From Candidatus Woesearchaeota archaeon CG10_big_fil_rev_8_21_14_0_10_44_13 (GTDB taxonomy: Archaea; Nanobdellota; Nanobdellia; Woesearchaeales; UBA12501), in assembly GCA_002762985.1 (NCBI GenBank), contig PCXZ01000030.1, positions 80,399-144,398 on the forward strand: a stretch of 64,000 nt of DNA, in the 5' to 3' direction. The first letter of the stretch is position 1; every line of letters starts with the position of its first letter. This document shows positions 1-9,440 of the stretch, piece by piece. Position numbers and translations under genes: made by a program. The notes beneath the pieces are model-generated. The model did no database searches. It worked only from the letters and a program-made list of their open reading frames with translations, and was not told the origin of the DNA.

Positions 1-2
1 AA

Positions 3-836
3 GGCAGGACAAAGGCAGTCATGGGATTCGATGATTTCAGGAGAGTGATAGACGAAGTGAAGGATTACCTGTATGAGGTGGACCTTTACAACTGGGGGGA
101 GCCCCTTCTGAACAAGGACATATTCAGGATGATAGAGTATGCCCATAAGTGCGACATAAAGACGAAGATAAGCACAAACCTCAACTATTTCCCGAAGGAT
201 TACGAGAAGAGGATAGTTAGCTCAGGCCTTGATTCGCTGATGATGTCCATTGACGGCGCAAGCCAGGAAACCTACCAGGTCTACAGGAAAGGGGGCGATT
301 TCAGGAAGGTCATCGGGAACATAAGGAAGATCGTCGCAGAGAAAAAAAGGCAGGGAAGCAGGAAACCCCTGCTGATATGGCAGTTCATAGTCATGAAACA
401 TAACGAGCATGAGCTGCCGAAGGTGAAGAGGATGATCAAGGAGCTTGGCGTAGACATACTCAAAGTCGAGGCTGTAAGGAGCGACATGGGGAAGGAGATC
501 TTCGAGAGCGACCAGCAGAAGATCGAGAAGAGCAGGGAATGGCTGCCTAAGGATGAGAAGCTGAGCAGGTTCAACTACAAGAACAGGCAGAAGAAGGTGA
601 GGAAGAGGAGCTGCATATTCCTGTGGAGCATGCCCGTCGTCAATTCGAACGGCTCTGTAAGCCCCTGCTGCTCTGTTTACCCTGAGAAATTCGATTTCGG
701 GAATGCCTTCAGAGACGGCCTTCTAAAGGTATGGAACAACAGGTTCTACACTTCTTCAAGAAGGATAGTATCAGGGAAAGAGATGAAGATGTTCACAGTG
801 TGCGCTTATTGCACAAAGCACGGGTTCATTGAGTGA
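3..836 (+). CDS. Radical SAM protein with C-terminal SPASM/twitch domain (5' part lies outside the window)
   Basis: YNWGEPLLN, ISTN and SIDG radical-SAM core motifs; C-terminal C..W...G.V.PCC...CxxC SPASM pattern. The frame is open to the window edge and the CxxxCxxC motif is not in the window. Confidence 0.85.
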   Translation, partial: GRTKAVMGFDDFRRVIDEVKDYLYEVDLYNWGEPLLNKDIFRMIEYAHKCDIKTKISTNLNYFPKDYEKRIVSSGLDSLMMSIDGASQETYQVYRKGGDFRKVIGNIRKIVAEKKRQGSRKPLLIWQFIVMKHNEHELPKVKRMIKELGVDILKVEAVRSDMGKEIFESDQQKIEKSREWLPKDEKLSRFNYKNRQKKVRKRSCIFLWSMPVVNSNGSVSPCCSVYPEKFDFGNAFRDGLLKVWNNRFYTSSRRIVSGKEMKMFTVCAYCTKHGFIE

Positions 837-858
837 TGTTCTTTCTTGATAAAACTAA

Positions 859-873
859 GCCTTAATTTAAGGC
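859..873. terminator. Small hairpin after the radical SAM gene
   Basis: GCCTTAA-T-TTAAGGC inverted repeat about 20 bp after the stop codon. Confidence 0.3.
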
Positions 874-877
874 AAAA

Positions 878-921
878 ACCGAAATATTTATATATCAGTT
901 GATACCATATCAATTGATATG
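878..921 (+). promoter_or_regulatory. BRE/TATA promoter followed by a tandem palindromic operator
   Basis: ACCGAAA then TTTATATA (887-894); ATATCAGTTGATAC (892-905) and the perfect 16-bp palindrome CATATCAATTGATATG (906-921). Confidence 0.6.
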
Positions 922-923
922 AG

Positions 924-1110
924 GCTATCCACAATGCGGGAAGCACAAATCAACACTACAACTTATCGACACTTAGTTTTTCAGTTTTAGAAGGAAAGTT
1001 TTGTAGGTAAACGATTCCCGCATTAAAAAGCCTATCCCGAACTTTAGACAGACATTTGACAACCATTTCAGCAACACAAAATAAACCAACAAATACGCAT
1101 TGTGGATAAA
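924..1110. mobile_element. Putative MITE-like insertion with 13-bp inverted repeats and flanking ATGAG duplication
   Basis: TATCCACAATGCG (926-938) / CGCATTGTGGATA (1096-1108); ATGAG at 919-923 and 1111-1115, each 2 bp outside the IR. Confidence 0.5.
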
Positions 1111-1398
1111 ATGAGCCCAGAAACACTTGAAATTAGGAAAAGGAACTATAGCGAACAAAGAAGCCCTACACTTAACACGGTATTGATGGTAGAAAATACA
1201 ATAATGAAAGTGGGCGAAGTATTGACAATTGGAAAACTCAAGCGGATGCTTCCGAAACAGGTTATGCACCAAACTTTAATGGGAGTCATTGACTATCTTG
1301 AGTATAGTGGTAAAATCATAGTTTATGAAGACAAGGTGTTATGGGCTTTCAAGCCGCAGAGCAAGTTGAAAAAAATAGAGGGGTTGATTGTCCGATGA
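1111..1398 (+). CDS. Small winged-helix/HTH-like protein, putative antitoxin
   Basis: 95 aa from ATG 1111; PTLNTVLMVE...LKRMLPKQV...IDYLEYSGKI wHTH-like pattern; ATGA overlap with the downstream gene. Confidence 0.55.
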   Translation: MSPETLEIRKRNYSEQRSPTLNTVLMVENTIMKVGEVLTIGKLKRMLPKQVMHQTLMGVIDYLEYSGKIIVYEDKVLWAFKPQSKLKKIEGLIVR

Positions 1399-1787
1399 AA
1401 GTCTACAAGGGAAAAATTAAGAAAAAGATAACTATTAAGTTGATTGGTGATGCAGAAAAAGCTTTTCGTGAGCTGAACAGGATTGTAGGAGAAGAATATA
1501 TAAAAGGAGTCACGAACTCAAAAGAGATCACTCTTCTGGGAGCCATCAGCAGGATTTTTGATATCATATCAATCAATCCTTTTTATGGGGAAAACGCAAA
1601 AAAAGACCTCATTCCCGCCGAGTATAAGCAAAAATATGATGCGAGCAACCTTTTCATTGTTGACCTGCCCGATTACTGGAGGATGGTGTACACATTAGAA
1701 AGTGATGAGATTGAGATCATAGCTTTTGTCCTTGATATCATTGACCATAAGGGGTATAATAAGAAGTTCAGGTTTAGAAAAAGATGA
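1395..1787 (+). CDS. RelE/ParE-like putative toxin
   Basis: About 130 aa from ATG 1395; basic; NPFYG...LFIVDLPDYWRMVYTL...VLDIIDHKGY RelE-like C-terminal sheet; translationally coupled to the upstream HTH gene. Confidence 0.55.
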   Translation: MKVYKGKIKKKITIKLIGDAEKAFRELNRIVGEEYIKGVTNSKEITLLGAISRIFDIISINPFYGENAKKDLIPAEYKQKYDASNLFIVDLPDYWRMVYTLESDEIEIIAFVLDIIDHKGYNKKFRFRKR

Positions 1788-1813
1788 TTTAAGGAGTCTC
1801 TTATTCTTCAAGA

Positions 1814-3544
1814 TCACACATCAAAATAAACCATCTGCACAGTCCCTTTCGTAAGCTCATAATCCTTTGTCGAGAACTGGTTCAGCTTCTGCTTCTCCTG
1901 CAGCACGCTGTTGAGCGCAGTCTCATTGAAGCTTCCGCCTTTCTCAAAGATCATGTACAATATCTGCGGGCCCTGCGCTGTCTGCTGGAACGCGATCTGC
2001 TTCAATGAATAAGTGTCCTTGATGTAATCCCATTTGCTTGGGTCGCTCAGTGTCTGCAGGCCCCATTGGTACAGGAAGATCCACCTCACATTGTACTTGT
2101 CCTCGCCGAATCTAGTCACGGTCTCGTTGAAATGGCCCGGGGACCCTTTCCTGTCTGCCTCCCACAAGACACCATAGCTCTGGTGGCCTGAGAAGAACAT
2201 GCGCTCATCGGGCTGGCTGTGTTCCTTTATGTAATCGCCTGCGACATCGAGGCCATAGAACTGCGTGTCGAACTGCCTGTCTTTTGCCTCGAATATGCCG
2301 CCGCCGTATTTCAATACCGGCGGATAGATCAGCAGCAGGAACAGCCCTGCTATGAACAGCCATCTTGTGTGCCTGACATGTATCGTCTTCTCTATGCTGC
2401 CTGCTATCACGACAAAGCAGAAAGCTATCAATATCACGATCAGGGGAGCCAGAGGATACTGGTGATAGCTGTGGCCCGAGAGCTTTGAAGCCATTATCCA
2501 CAGCCAGGGTATCGCACCTGCTATGTAAGCCAGAAGGAATCTATCCCCTATGCTCTTCTTATAGATCATGAAGAACAGTATCAATCCGATGCCTGCGAAA
2601 AGCATGCCTATCAAAGTATAATTGTCAGCAGTATAAGGCTTCACTATGCTCCAGAATTTTGAGCCGAAGAGCGCTGAAAGATTGTAATAGATATCCCCCT
2701 GGGAGGCATTCTGCGCATCAGGGCTCATAGCATATGTCGAAGTTATCCTTATGTTGTTAAGGTACCATAATGGGACCAGTATCACGGGCAGCGCTGCATA
2801 GATGAAAGGCCTGATGTTCCTCTTCAGGTAGTCTTTCTGCAGGACTTTCCTGTAAGGGAATATCGCTGCCATAGGTATCGCAAATAATGCAAAGGAGTAT
2901 TTTGTCAGGAATGACAGGACCATGAACAATGAAGCCATGACGAGATATTTCATTTTTGACCTGTCTTCGGGGTCCTCGACCCAGATTATGTAAAGGTAGA
3001 TGGAAAGCATCCCGAAGAACAATGCGGGATTGTCAAGCTGCACCTGCCTTCCGAAGAAGACAAGCAGCGGATTAGTGGAAGCGATAAGCGCCGCAGTCAG
3101 CGCAAAATCCTCCCTTTTGAACAGCCTCCTTATCACAAGATAGAGGAAGAATATGCCTGCCATGACAAACAAGACAGAGATGAACCTCGCAACGCCCACT
3201 TTTTCGCCGAAGAAAATGAAGCCTATGGCGCTTGCCCATGATGTGACAGGCAAAGTATCCCCATGGGCGCCGTCAGGATTAGTGAATATGTCTGGAGAAT
3301 CCGCCCTTGGAGTGAGCCAGTCTCCATACCTCTCAAAATTCCTTGCCTCAGTGAGATAATGGGTCTCTTTCCAGTTATGGTATCCTATGACAGGATAATC
3401 AAGGTGATAGACCCTTATATAAAAACCGAAGATTATGATCAGCGCAAGGATTATCCAGTTGAGGTTTTTCTTTATAGGATCGAATGAAATCTCCGCTTCC
3501 TCTTTTCCCTGCTTAGCCATGTGCCTAGAGTCTTGTTTAGCCAT
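1814..3544 (-). CDS. GT-C (ArnT/PMT_2-like, family 39/83) membrane glycosyltransferase
   Basis: Many TM helices, N-terminal loop WKETHY...ARNF, QLDNP and LTK motifs, soluble C-terminal domain. Confidence 0.75.
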   Translation of the reverse strand: MAKQDSRHMAKQGKEEAEISFDPIKKNLNWIILALIIIFGFYIRVYHLDYPVIGYHNWKETHYLTEARNFERYGDWLTPRADSPDIFTNPDGAHGDTLPVTSWASAIGFIFFGEKVGVARFISVLFVMAGIFFLYLVIRRLFKREDFALTAALIASTNPLLVFFGRQVQLDNPALFFGMLSIYLYIIWVEDPEDRSKMKYLVMASLFMVLSFLTKYSFALFAIPMAAIFPYRKVLQKDYLKRNIRPFIYAALPVILVPLWYLNNIRITSTYAMSPDAQNASQGDIYYNLSALFGSKFWSIVKPYTADNYTLIGMLFAGIGLILFFMIYKKSIGDRFLLAYIAGAIPWLWIMASKLSGHSYHQYPLAPLIVILIAFCFVVIAGSIEKTIHVRHTRWLFIAGLFLLLIYPPVLKYGGGIFEAKDRQFDTQFYGLDVAGDYIKEHSQPDERMFFSGHQSYGVLWEADRKGSPGHFNETVTRFGEDKYNVRWIFLYQWGLQTLSDPSKWDYIKDTYSLKQIAFQQTAQGPQILYMIFEKGGSFNETALNSVLQEKQKLNQFSTKDYELTKGTVQMVYFDV

Positions 3545-3608
3545 ACAACCCCTCTCGATAAAAATTCCATAAACTATATAAATATTGCTAAATTAGGCAT
3601 TATTGACC

Positions 3609-4289
3609 ATGACGACCAAAAAGACCTTTATTGTCATACCTGCATATAATGAGGAAAGGAAGATAGCAGGAGTGATAAAAGGGCTTAGGAGAGAGGGCTA
3701 CAGCAGCATAATCGTAGTTGATGACGGCAGCGAAGACGGCACATTCGATGCTGCCAGGAGAACAAATGCCATAATGTACAGGCATGCCCTGAACAGGGGC
3801 CTCGGCGGCGCTCTGGGCACAGGCATAAAGGCGGCGCTGGAAAGGGATGCAGAGATAATCGTGACATTTGACGCTGACGGCCAGCACAATCCGAAAGAGA
3901 TAAAGGATGTTCTCAGGCCAATAATTAAAGATGAGGCGGATTTCGTAGTCGGATCAAGGCTCATCAACCCGAAAGGCATGCCCTTTGTGAGGAGGGCCGG
4001 CAATTGGGGCTTTAATGTGATAACATGGATATTGTTCGGCGTATGGACCACTGATTCCCAATCCGGGCTGAGGGCTATGTCAAGATATGCAGCAGAGAAG
4101 ATCGAGCTGAAGACGAACAGGATGGAAGTGAGCTCTGAATTCTTCACAGAGATAAAGAGGAATGGCCTCAGGTACAGGGAAGTCCCCATAAGGGCCATAT
4201 ACACAAAATATTCCCTTGAAAAAGGCCAGAGCAGCCTCAATGGATTCAAGATACTTTTCAAGCTTGTCCTCAGGAGGGTAATGGATTAG
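3609..4289 (+). CDS. GT2 glycosyltransferase (DPM1/polyprenol-phosphate sugar synthase-like)
   Basis: IPAYNEE, VDDGS.D, NRGLGGAL, DADGQH, GSR, TDSQSG. Confidence 0.9.
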   Translation: MTTKKTFIVIPAYNEERKIAGVIKGLRREGYSSIIVVDDGSEDGTFDAARRTNAIMYRHALNRGLGGALGTGIKAALERDAEIIVTFDADGQHNPKEIKDVLRPIIKDEADFVVGSRLINPKGMPFVRRAGNWGFNVITWILFGVWTTDSQSGLRAMSRYAAEKIELKTNRMEVSSEFFTEIKRNGLRYREVPIRAIYTKYSLEKGQSSLNGFKILFKLVLRRVMD

Positions 4290-4403
4290 GATTGCTGCTG
4301 ATCAAAAGGAAAACTAAATAAATAGAGGGAAGATTTAAGGAATCAGAACAGAAGTAATTAAAAACAATCTAAATTAATCAAAAAACAGCTAAAAGGTGAT
4401 AAG

Positions 4404-4745
4404 ATGCTTTTCAAGATAATAGTCGTTTTGTTCGTGCTGTTCGCATGGAGCAGGGTTTTTCTAAGGTTCAGGGACAGGAAGGTCAGCAGGTGGGAATTCG
4501 CTTTCTGGAGCCTGATGTGGATTGGAGCTCTGGTCGTGCTTTTCATGCCTGCGATAACAAGACCGATTGCAAACCTGCTTCAGATAGGCAGAGGCATAGA
4601 TGTAGTCGTCTACCTGAGCATAATACTTCTGTTCTACCTTGTCTTCAGGATATATGTGAAGCTTGAAGAGGTCGAGCAGGAGATAACAAAGGTCGTCAGT
4701 GAAGTCTCATTGAAGAAAGGAAGAGGCAGCAAAGGCAAGAGATAA
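4404..4745 (+). CDS. DUF2304-like small membrane protein
   Basis: 3 TM helices, LLQIGRGID motif, C-terminal ITKVVSE coil; usual position downstream of a DPM-like GT2. Confidence 0.75.
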   Translation: MLFKIIVVLFVLFAWSRVFLRFRDRKVSRWEFAFWSLMWIGALVVLFMPAITRPIANLLQIGRGIDVVVYLSIILLFYLVFRIYVKLEEVEQEITKVVSEVSLKKGRGSKGKR

Positions 4746-4772
4746 TCAGAGATATGCAAATAGGTTGAATAA

Positions 4773-5516
4773 ATGGCAAAAAAATCACTCCAGGTCGTGA
4801 TACCTGTCTATAATGAAGATAAGGATATTGAGAATTCTGTAGAGAACCTCAGGCACTTCCTCGGCGAATACATGGACAAATACAGATGGCAGGTCGTCAT
4901 AGCCAATAACGCATCTACTGACCGTACATTGGATATCGCAAAAAAACTCAGGAAGAAATACAAGGATGTCTCTTACATCAATCTTGACCAGAAAGGGAGG
5001 GGAAGGGCATTGAGGAAGGCATGGACAGAGACGAAAGCCGATATTGTCAGCTATATGGATGTAGACCTTTCTACGGACTTGGAGGCTTTCCCTGTACTGA
5101 TAGAGGCCCTTGCCTACAGGGGATATGATGTTGCGACAGGCTCAAGGCTCATGTCCGGCTCAAGGACAAAAAGATGCGTGAAGAGGGAGATCCTCTCAAA
5201 GGGATATAACCTCATAGTGAAGCTTATCCTGGGGACGAAGATAACTGATGTGCAGTGCGGGTTCAAGGCTGCAACCGGAAAGGCTGCAAGGGAGCTTGCC
5301 CCATGGGTCAAGGACAATAACTGGTTTTTCGACACGGAGCTCCTGATAGTCGCTGAGAGAAAAGGATATCGTATCTTTGAGACGCCTGTGACATGGGACG
5401 AAGACCTGCACAGCAAGGTGAGGATCTTCAAGACCGTCTATGACTACCTGAGGGATGTCTCAAGGATAAGGTATGAGATGTGGTTCAACAGGGAAAAATA
5501 CAGGAAAGTGAAGTGA
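4773..5516 (+). CDS. GT2, dolichyl-phosphate glycosyltransferase-like
   Basis: IPVYNE, NASTD.T, GRGRAL, DVDLS, D.QCGFKA, WFFDTE. Confidence 0.9.
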   Translation: MAKKSLQVVIPVYNEDKDIENSVENLRHFLGEYMDKYRWQVVIANNASTDRTLDIAKKLRKKYKDVSYINLDQKGRGRALRKAWTETKADIVSYMDVDLSTDLEAFPVLIEALAYRGYDVATGSRLMSGSRTKRCVKREILSKGYNLIVKLILGTKITDVQCGFKAATGKAARELAPWVKDNNWFFDTELLIVAERKGYRIFETPVTWDEDLHSKVRIFKTVYDYLRDVSRIRYEMWFNREKYRKVK

Positions 5517-5520
5517 TATC

Positions 5521-6492
5521 GTGAGAAAAAGAGACCTTGCAAAAAGACTTCTTCCGTTGTTAGGCATTGCATTGTTCCTGTTCATAATCTCGAAGCTTGA
5601 TATCAATGGCATAATCGGTGTCGCAAAGAACATAAGATGGTGGCTTCTTGTCCTGGGTGTTGTTACCGCTTATCTTGCGGTCTACCTGAAGGCATGGAAA
5701 TGGAAGAAGATAATAGACTACTCGGGCATGAAATACACGCTCTCGAATTCGTTCATTGCGTGGCTTGTCGGATTTGCCGTCGGCATGATAACTCCCGGCC
5801 GCGTAGGTGATTTCTACAGGTCAGTGTATCTTAAGACATCGAACAAGAAGCCCTTGGGCGTCTGCTTCGCGACAGTATTCCTTGACAGGATAGTGGACAT
5901 AATAATCATGCTCATTTTTGCAGGCCTTGGCGTCATTTATCTCATCTTAGGGTACAATGTGCCTTATGGCAGGGAGCTTGCGATAACAGTTGTCGTGCTC
6001 GCTTTGCTAAGCCTCGTGTTCCTGTTCGTTTTCAGGGAGAATGTAGTAAGGAAGCTCGTAAGGCCTCTGTTCTACAGGTTCATACCTGAGAGATACCACA
6101 AGGACATGAAGAAGAACTACAAGAGCTTCTTCAGCCTTTTCAACAGGGTGATGGAAAAACCTTCGATGATTGCCGTGGTTTTCATTATAGGGCTTCTCGG
6201 CTGGCTCATTGCTTTCTTTGAGATGTATCTGCTCGCCCTTGCATTGAATCTTGATGTGAGCTATGTCTTCATCGGCTCGATAGCGCCCATAATAAACATG
6301 ATAGAATTGATACCGATATCATTCTCGGGCATTGGCACGAGGGATGCTGCGATGATATTCTTCATGGGCCTTGTCTCTGTGAACAAGGAGGCTGCAGTCG
6401 CGTTCTCATTGCTGATATTGGTCGTGATATATGTCATAGCGATACCCGGCATAATATATTGGATGAAGCATCCGACGGAATTGCCGAAGTGA
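5521..6492 (+). CDS. Lysylphosphatidylglycerol-synthase-TM / flippase-like membrane protein (UPF0104)
   Basis: TPGRVGD, DRIVD and PIS.SGIGTRD motifs, multi-TM. Confidence 0.85.
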   Translation: MRKRDLAKRLLPLLGIALFLFIISKLDINGIIGVAKNIRWWLLVLGVVTAYLAVYLKAWKWKKIIDYSGMKYTLSNSFIAWLVGFAVGMITPGRVGDFYRSVYLKTSNKKPLGVCFATVFLDRIVDIIIMLIFAGLGVIYLILGYNVPYGRELAITVVVLALLSLVFLFVFRENVVRKLVRPLFYRFIPERYHKDMKKNYKSFFSLFNRVMEKPSMIAVVFIIGLLGWLIAFFEMYLLALALNLDVSYVFIGSIAPIINMIELIPISFSGIGTRDAAMIFFMGLVSVNKEAAVAFSLLILVVIYVIAIPGIIYWMKHPTELPK

Positions 6493-6500
6493 ATAAGAAA

Positions 6501-7691
6501 TCATTTCTTCAGCATAGTTTTGTATATGTCAACAATCTTTTCAGCCATCGCCGGGAAAGAGAACTGCTGGACGAACTTGTATCCGTTCTCGCCCATCTGC
6601 CTCGCTTTTTCTGGATTCTCGAGGACTTTCCTTAATTTCTCTGCAATATCCTTCGCATCCATCCTTTTTGCCACAAGACCTGAACCTGATCTCTCGACCA
6701 TCTTCTTAGGCGCAGGTATGTCTGTGACAACAACGGGCTTCTTGACAGACCATGCCTCAAGCAGCACAACACCGAAAGTCTCTGTCAGGTCATTCGTAGG
6801 CAAAGCAAGGACATCCCCTGCATTATAATAATCATTAAGGCCTTCCTGCATCACAGTAGGCACGAACTTTACCCTGCCCTGCATCTTCAGCCTTTTCACC
6901 TGCTCAACAAGGTCTTTCGTGCTCTTCCCGTCTCCGCTGCCCACGATCATCAGGAAAACGTCAGGCATCATATTGACTGCATCAATAAGGTAGTTTATCC
7001 CTTTCCTGGGGTCTATCCTTCCGACGTAAAGCACGACTTTCTTACCTGCAGGGATATTCTCCTTCTTCTTGAACTTATCTATCTGCTCTTTGCCGAGTGG
7101 CCTGAAAGTCGGCGCCAGGGACATTGGGAAGACTTTCGCCTTGTACATGAATCTCTTGAGATAGTATGAGTTCTCCATGTATTCCCTGCTTACGCCCAGG
7201 ATAAGATCGCTCATCTTCAGCTTGATCCAGTACATCCAGCCATAAACTGTCATGACAGGGACAAAATACCATGGCAATCCTTTCCATTTGAATGCGTCAG
7301 AATGGCAGTGCAGCAGGATCTTTTTCCTCATGAATATCTTAGCAAATCCGCCTAGCATCGTTGTAACAAAGACGTTCGGCTCGTGCAGGTGCACGATATC
7401 CGGCTTTTCCCTCATCAGCTTCAGGAACGGAGGGATGACCAGGGGCGTTGAATACTTGTCATTATTGTATAAGGTATTTGCAAGATAGACTTTTGCTGTC
7501 TTCTTTATCCCTTTGTATTTCCACTCCCTGACCTCGAATCTCCTCTTGTACTTGTGGTAGTCCTGAACATTGGCTGCAAAAATCACGATATCAATGCCTC
7601 TTCTGAGCAGTTCAGGGGTCATCCACTTTATCCAGAGCTCCCTGCCACCTATCTTCGGAGGCAGGTATGGCATAACCATTGCAACTTTCAT
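6501..7691 (-). CDS. GT4 glycosyltransferase
   Basis: YVGRIDPRKG, ETFGVVLLEAW, KPVV. Confidence 0.9.
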   Translation of the reverse strand: MKVAMVMPYLPPKIGGRELWIKWMTPELLRRGIDIVIFAANVQDYHKYKRRFEVREWKYKGIKKTAKVYLANTLYNNDKYSTPLVIPPFLKLMREKPDIVHLHEPNVFVTTMLGGFAKIFMRKKILLHCHSDAFKWKGLPWYFVPVMTVYGWMYWIKLKMSDLILGVSREYMENSYYLKRFMYKAKVFPMSLAPTFRPLGKEQIDKFKKKENIPAGKKVVLYVGRIDPRKGINYLIDAVNMMPDVFLMIVGSGDGKSTKDLVEQVKRLKMQGRVKFVPTVMQEGLNDYYNAGDVLALPTNDLTETFGVVLLEAWSVKKPVVVTDIPAPKKMVERSGSGLVAKRMDAKDIAEKLRKVLENPEKARQMGENGYKFVQQFSFPAMAEKIVDIYKTMLKK

Positions 7692-7874
7692 AATTGATGG
7701 TTTGGGTTTTAAGGTTTATAAATCTTTTTGATGACTGATTAAGTCAAAACAGATATTGTAAAAGAAGAGCATTATTGCGCCGCGGGCGGCGTGCTTAACA
7801 GGCCTGATTTCAGTATTACAGGATAGTTAAGTATCAGCGATAACTTTAAATAACCTCTTTGTTTGGCCTGTGCT

Positions 7875-9431
7875 ATGGCGAAAAAGGCAGGGAATAAGGC
7901 TGATCTTGGCAAGTATCTTACTGACAGGAACATATTCATCCTGCTGTTCATAGCTTCCCTCGCATTGAGAATCATCTTCGTAAATGAGGGGATACCTCAT
8001 TTTGACTCCATTGCGGACGCAAACAAGGCGCCTTTGACGATAAGCACAGGAAAATTGCAGTATTCCTACGGTTATGGCTCTCCGGGCATAGTCGTCCTGC
8101 TCACAGCAGCCTATTATGTTGATCATCTTGTCAGGGGAGCTACAAATGCTGAATTCGCCTATTTTTTCATAACGCTTGTCACAGCAGCGCTATCGATATC
8201 TGTCCTTTACCTTGTCGCAAAGAAGATAACAGGGGACAGGCTGATAGGCATTTTCTCTGCTGTCCTTTTCTGCGTAACACCCATATACCTGTCTGTGACG
8301 ACATACCCGAAAACGCACGGCCCGGGGGAATTCTTTTCCCTGCTTGCAGGATATTACCTGCTAAGGGCCGCTGACAAAGGCAATGATGAGCTGAAGAACA
8401 TAATAATATCGGGCCTTTTGTTCAGCTTCGCGATAAGCATAAGGGTGTTCAGCTTCTTTTATATAATCCCCTTCCTGATATTCTATGCCAACCCGATGAT
8501 TGTTTCGGGAAAAAAGATTTCATTCAACAAGGGGATCCTTGACAAGAAAAACATATTCTGGTTCTTGTTCTCTGTTCTCATAATTGTTTTCATACTTTTC
8601 ATACCGAGGCTGCTCGAGGTTGGAGCAGGGGGGTTCATCAATATACTTCTCGGGGAGAGGAAGACCGTCGCATGGCAGGGTGCGATGTCGGACAGGCTGT
8701 CATTCGCGCTTTCACAGCTGCACAGATCAGTCACCTGGCTCGGCTGGGCAGCAGGCGCTTTGGGGATCTATTATTTATACAGGAAGAACAAGGTCGCACT
8801 TGCTGCGCTGGCGGTCTGGTTCTTCATGTTCTTCATCTACTTCGGCAATCTGAGGGGCGTTGAGGCGAGATTCCTGACATCCGCCCTGATAGCCATACTC
8901 ATACTTGCGGCATGCGGATGCAAATTATTGTACAACAGCAACAGGATCCTGGGGTTGGCAGTAGTAATAGGCCTTGTCGTCTGGATGTTCACAACAATCT
9001 ACCCTGTACTAGAATACAGGCACAATTATTCAGGCCAGAAGGAGTTCGCATTGTGGGCTGGATCAATGACAGAGCCGAATTCCATCCTGATAAGCACTGA
9101 TGAGGGCTTTTTTTATGAGTTCTATACAGGAAAGAAGTTCATAGGCCATTATTACTCAGGAAGCGATGATGAGATAGCAAATTTCATCGATATACTCCAT
9201 AATTACCTGCAGAAAGGCGTCCCTGTCTACATGGCCCAGTCAGGCATAGGATATGACCCTGACGGAAGATTCACCAAAGAGCTGCTGAAGAATTTCGACG
9301 TCTATGTGGTGGGGTCGAAAACGAACGAGGCTTACAGCCAGAACACCCTCCAGTTGCAGCTTTATGATGAGAAGCTGTTCAAGCTGGTTGAAAAATCCAA
9401 TCCTAATGGCGCAAACCAGCAGATACAATAA
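7875..9431 (+). CDS. GT-C membrane glycosyltransferase (ArnT/DUF2723-like)
   Basis: Multi-TM with N-terminal HFDS acidic loop, EARF motif, soluble C-terminal domain; start placed at MAKKAG. Confidence 0.65.
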   Translation: MAKKAGNKADLGKYLTDRNIFILLFIASLALRIIFVNEGIPHFDSIADANKAPLTISTGKLQYSYGYGSPGIVVLLTAAYYVDHLVRGATNAEFAYFFITLVTAALSISVLYLVAKKITGDRLIGIFSAVLFCVTPIYLSVTTYPKTHGPGEFFSLLAGYYLLRAADKGNDELKNIIISGLLFSFAISIRVFSFFYIIPFLIFYANPMIVSGKKISFNKGILDKKNIFWFLFSVLIIVFILFIPRLLEVGAGGFINILLGERKTVAWQGAMSDRLSFALSQLHRSVTWLGWAAGALGIYYLYRKNKVALAALAVWFFMFFIYFGNLRGVEARFLTSALIAILILAACGCKLLYNSNRILGLAVVIGLVVWMFTTIYPVLEYRHNYSGQKEFALWAGSMTEPNSILISTDEGFFYEFYTGKKFIGHYYSGSDDEIANFIDILHNYLQKGVPVYMAQSGIGYDPDGRFTKELLKNFDVYVVGSKTNEAYSQNTLQLQLYDEKLFKLVEKSNPNGANQQIQ

Positions 9432-9440
9432 TAAAAACTG

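Noticed and set aside
7777-7792. GC-rich hairpin GCGCCGCGGGCGGCGT between divergent GT genes
   Set aside because: A single short stem with no repeat or context; insufficient evidence for a function
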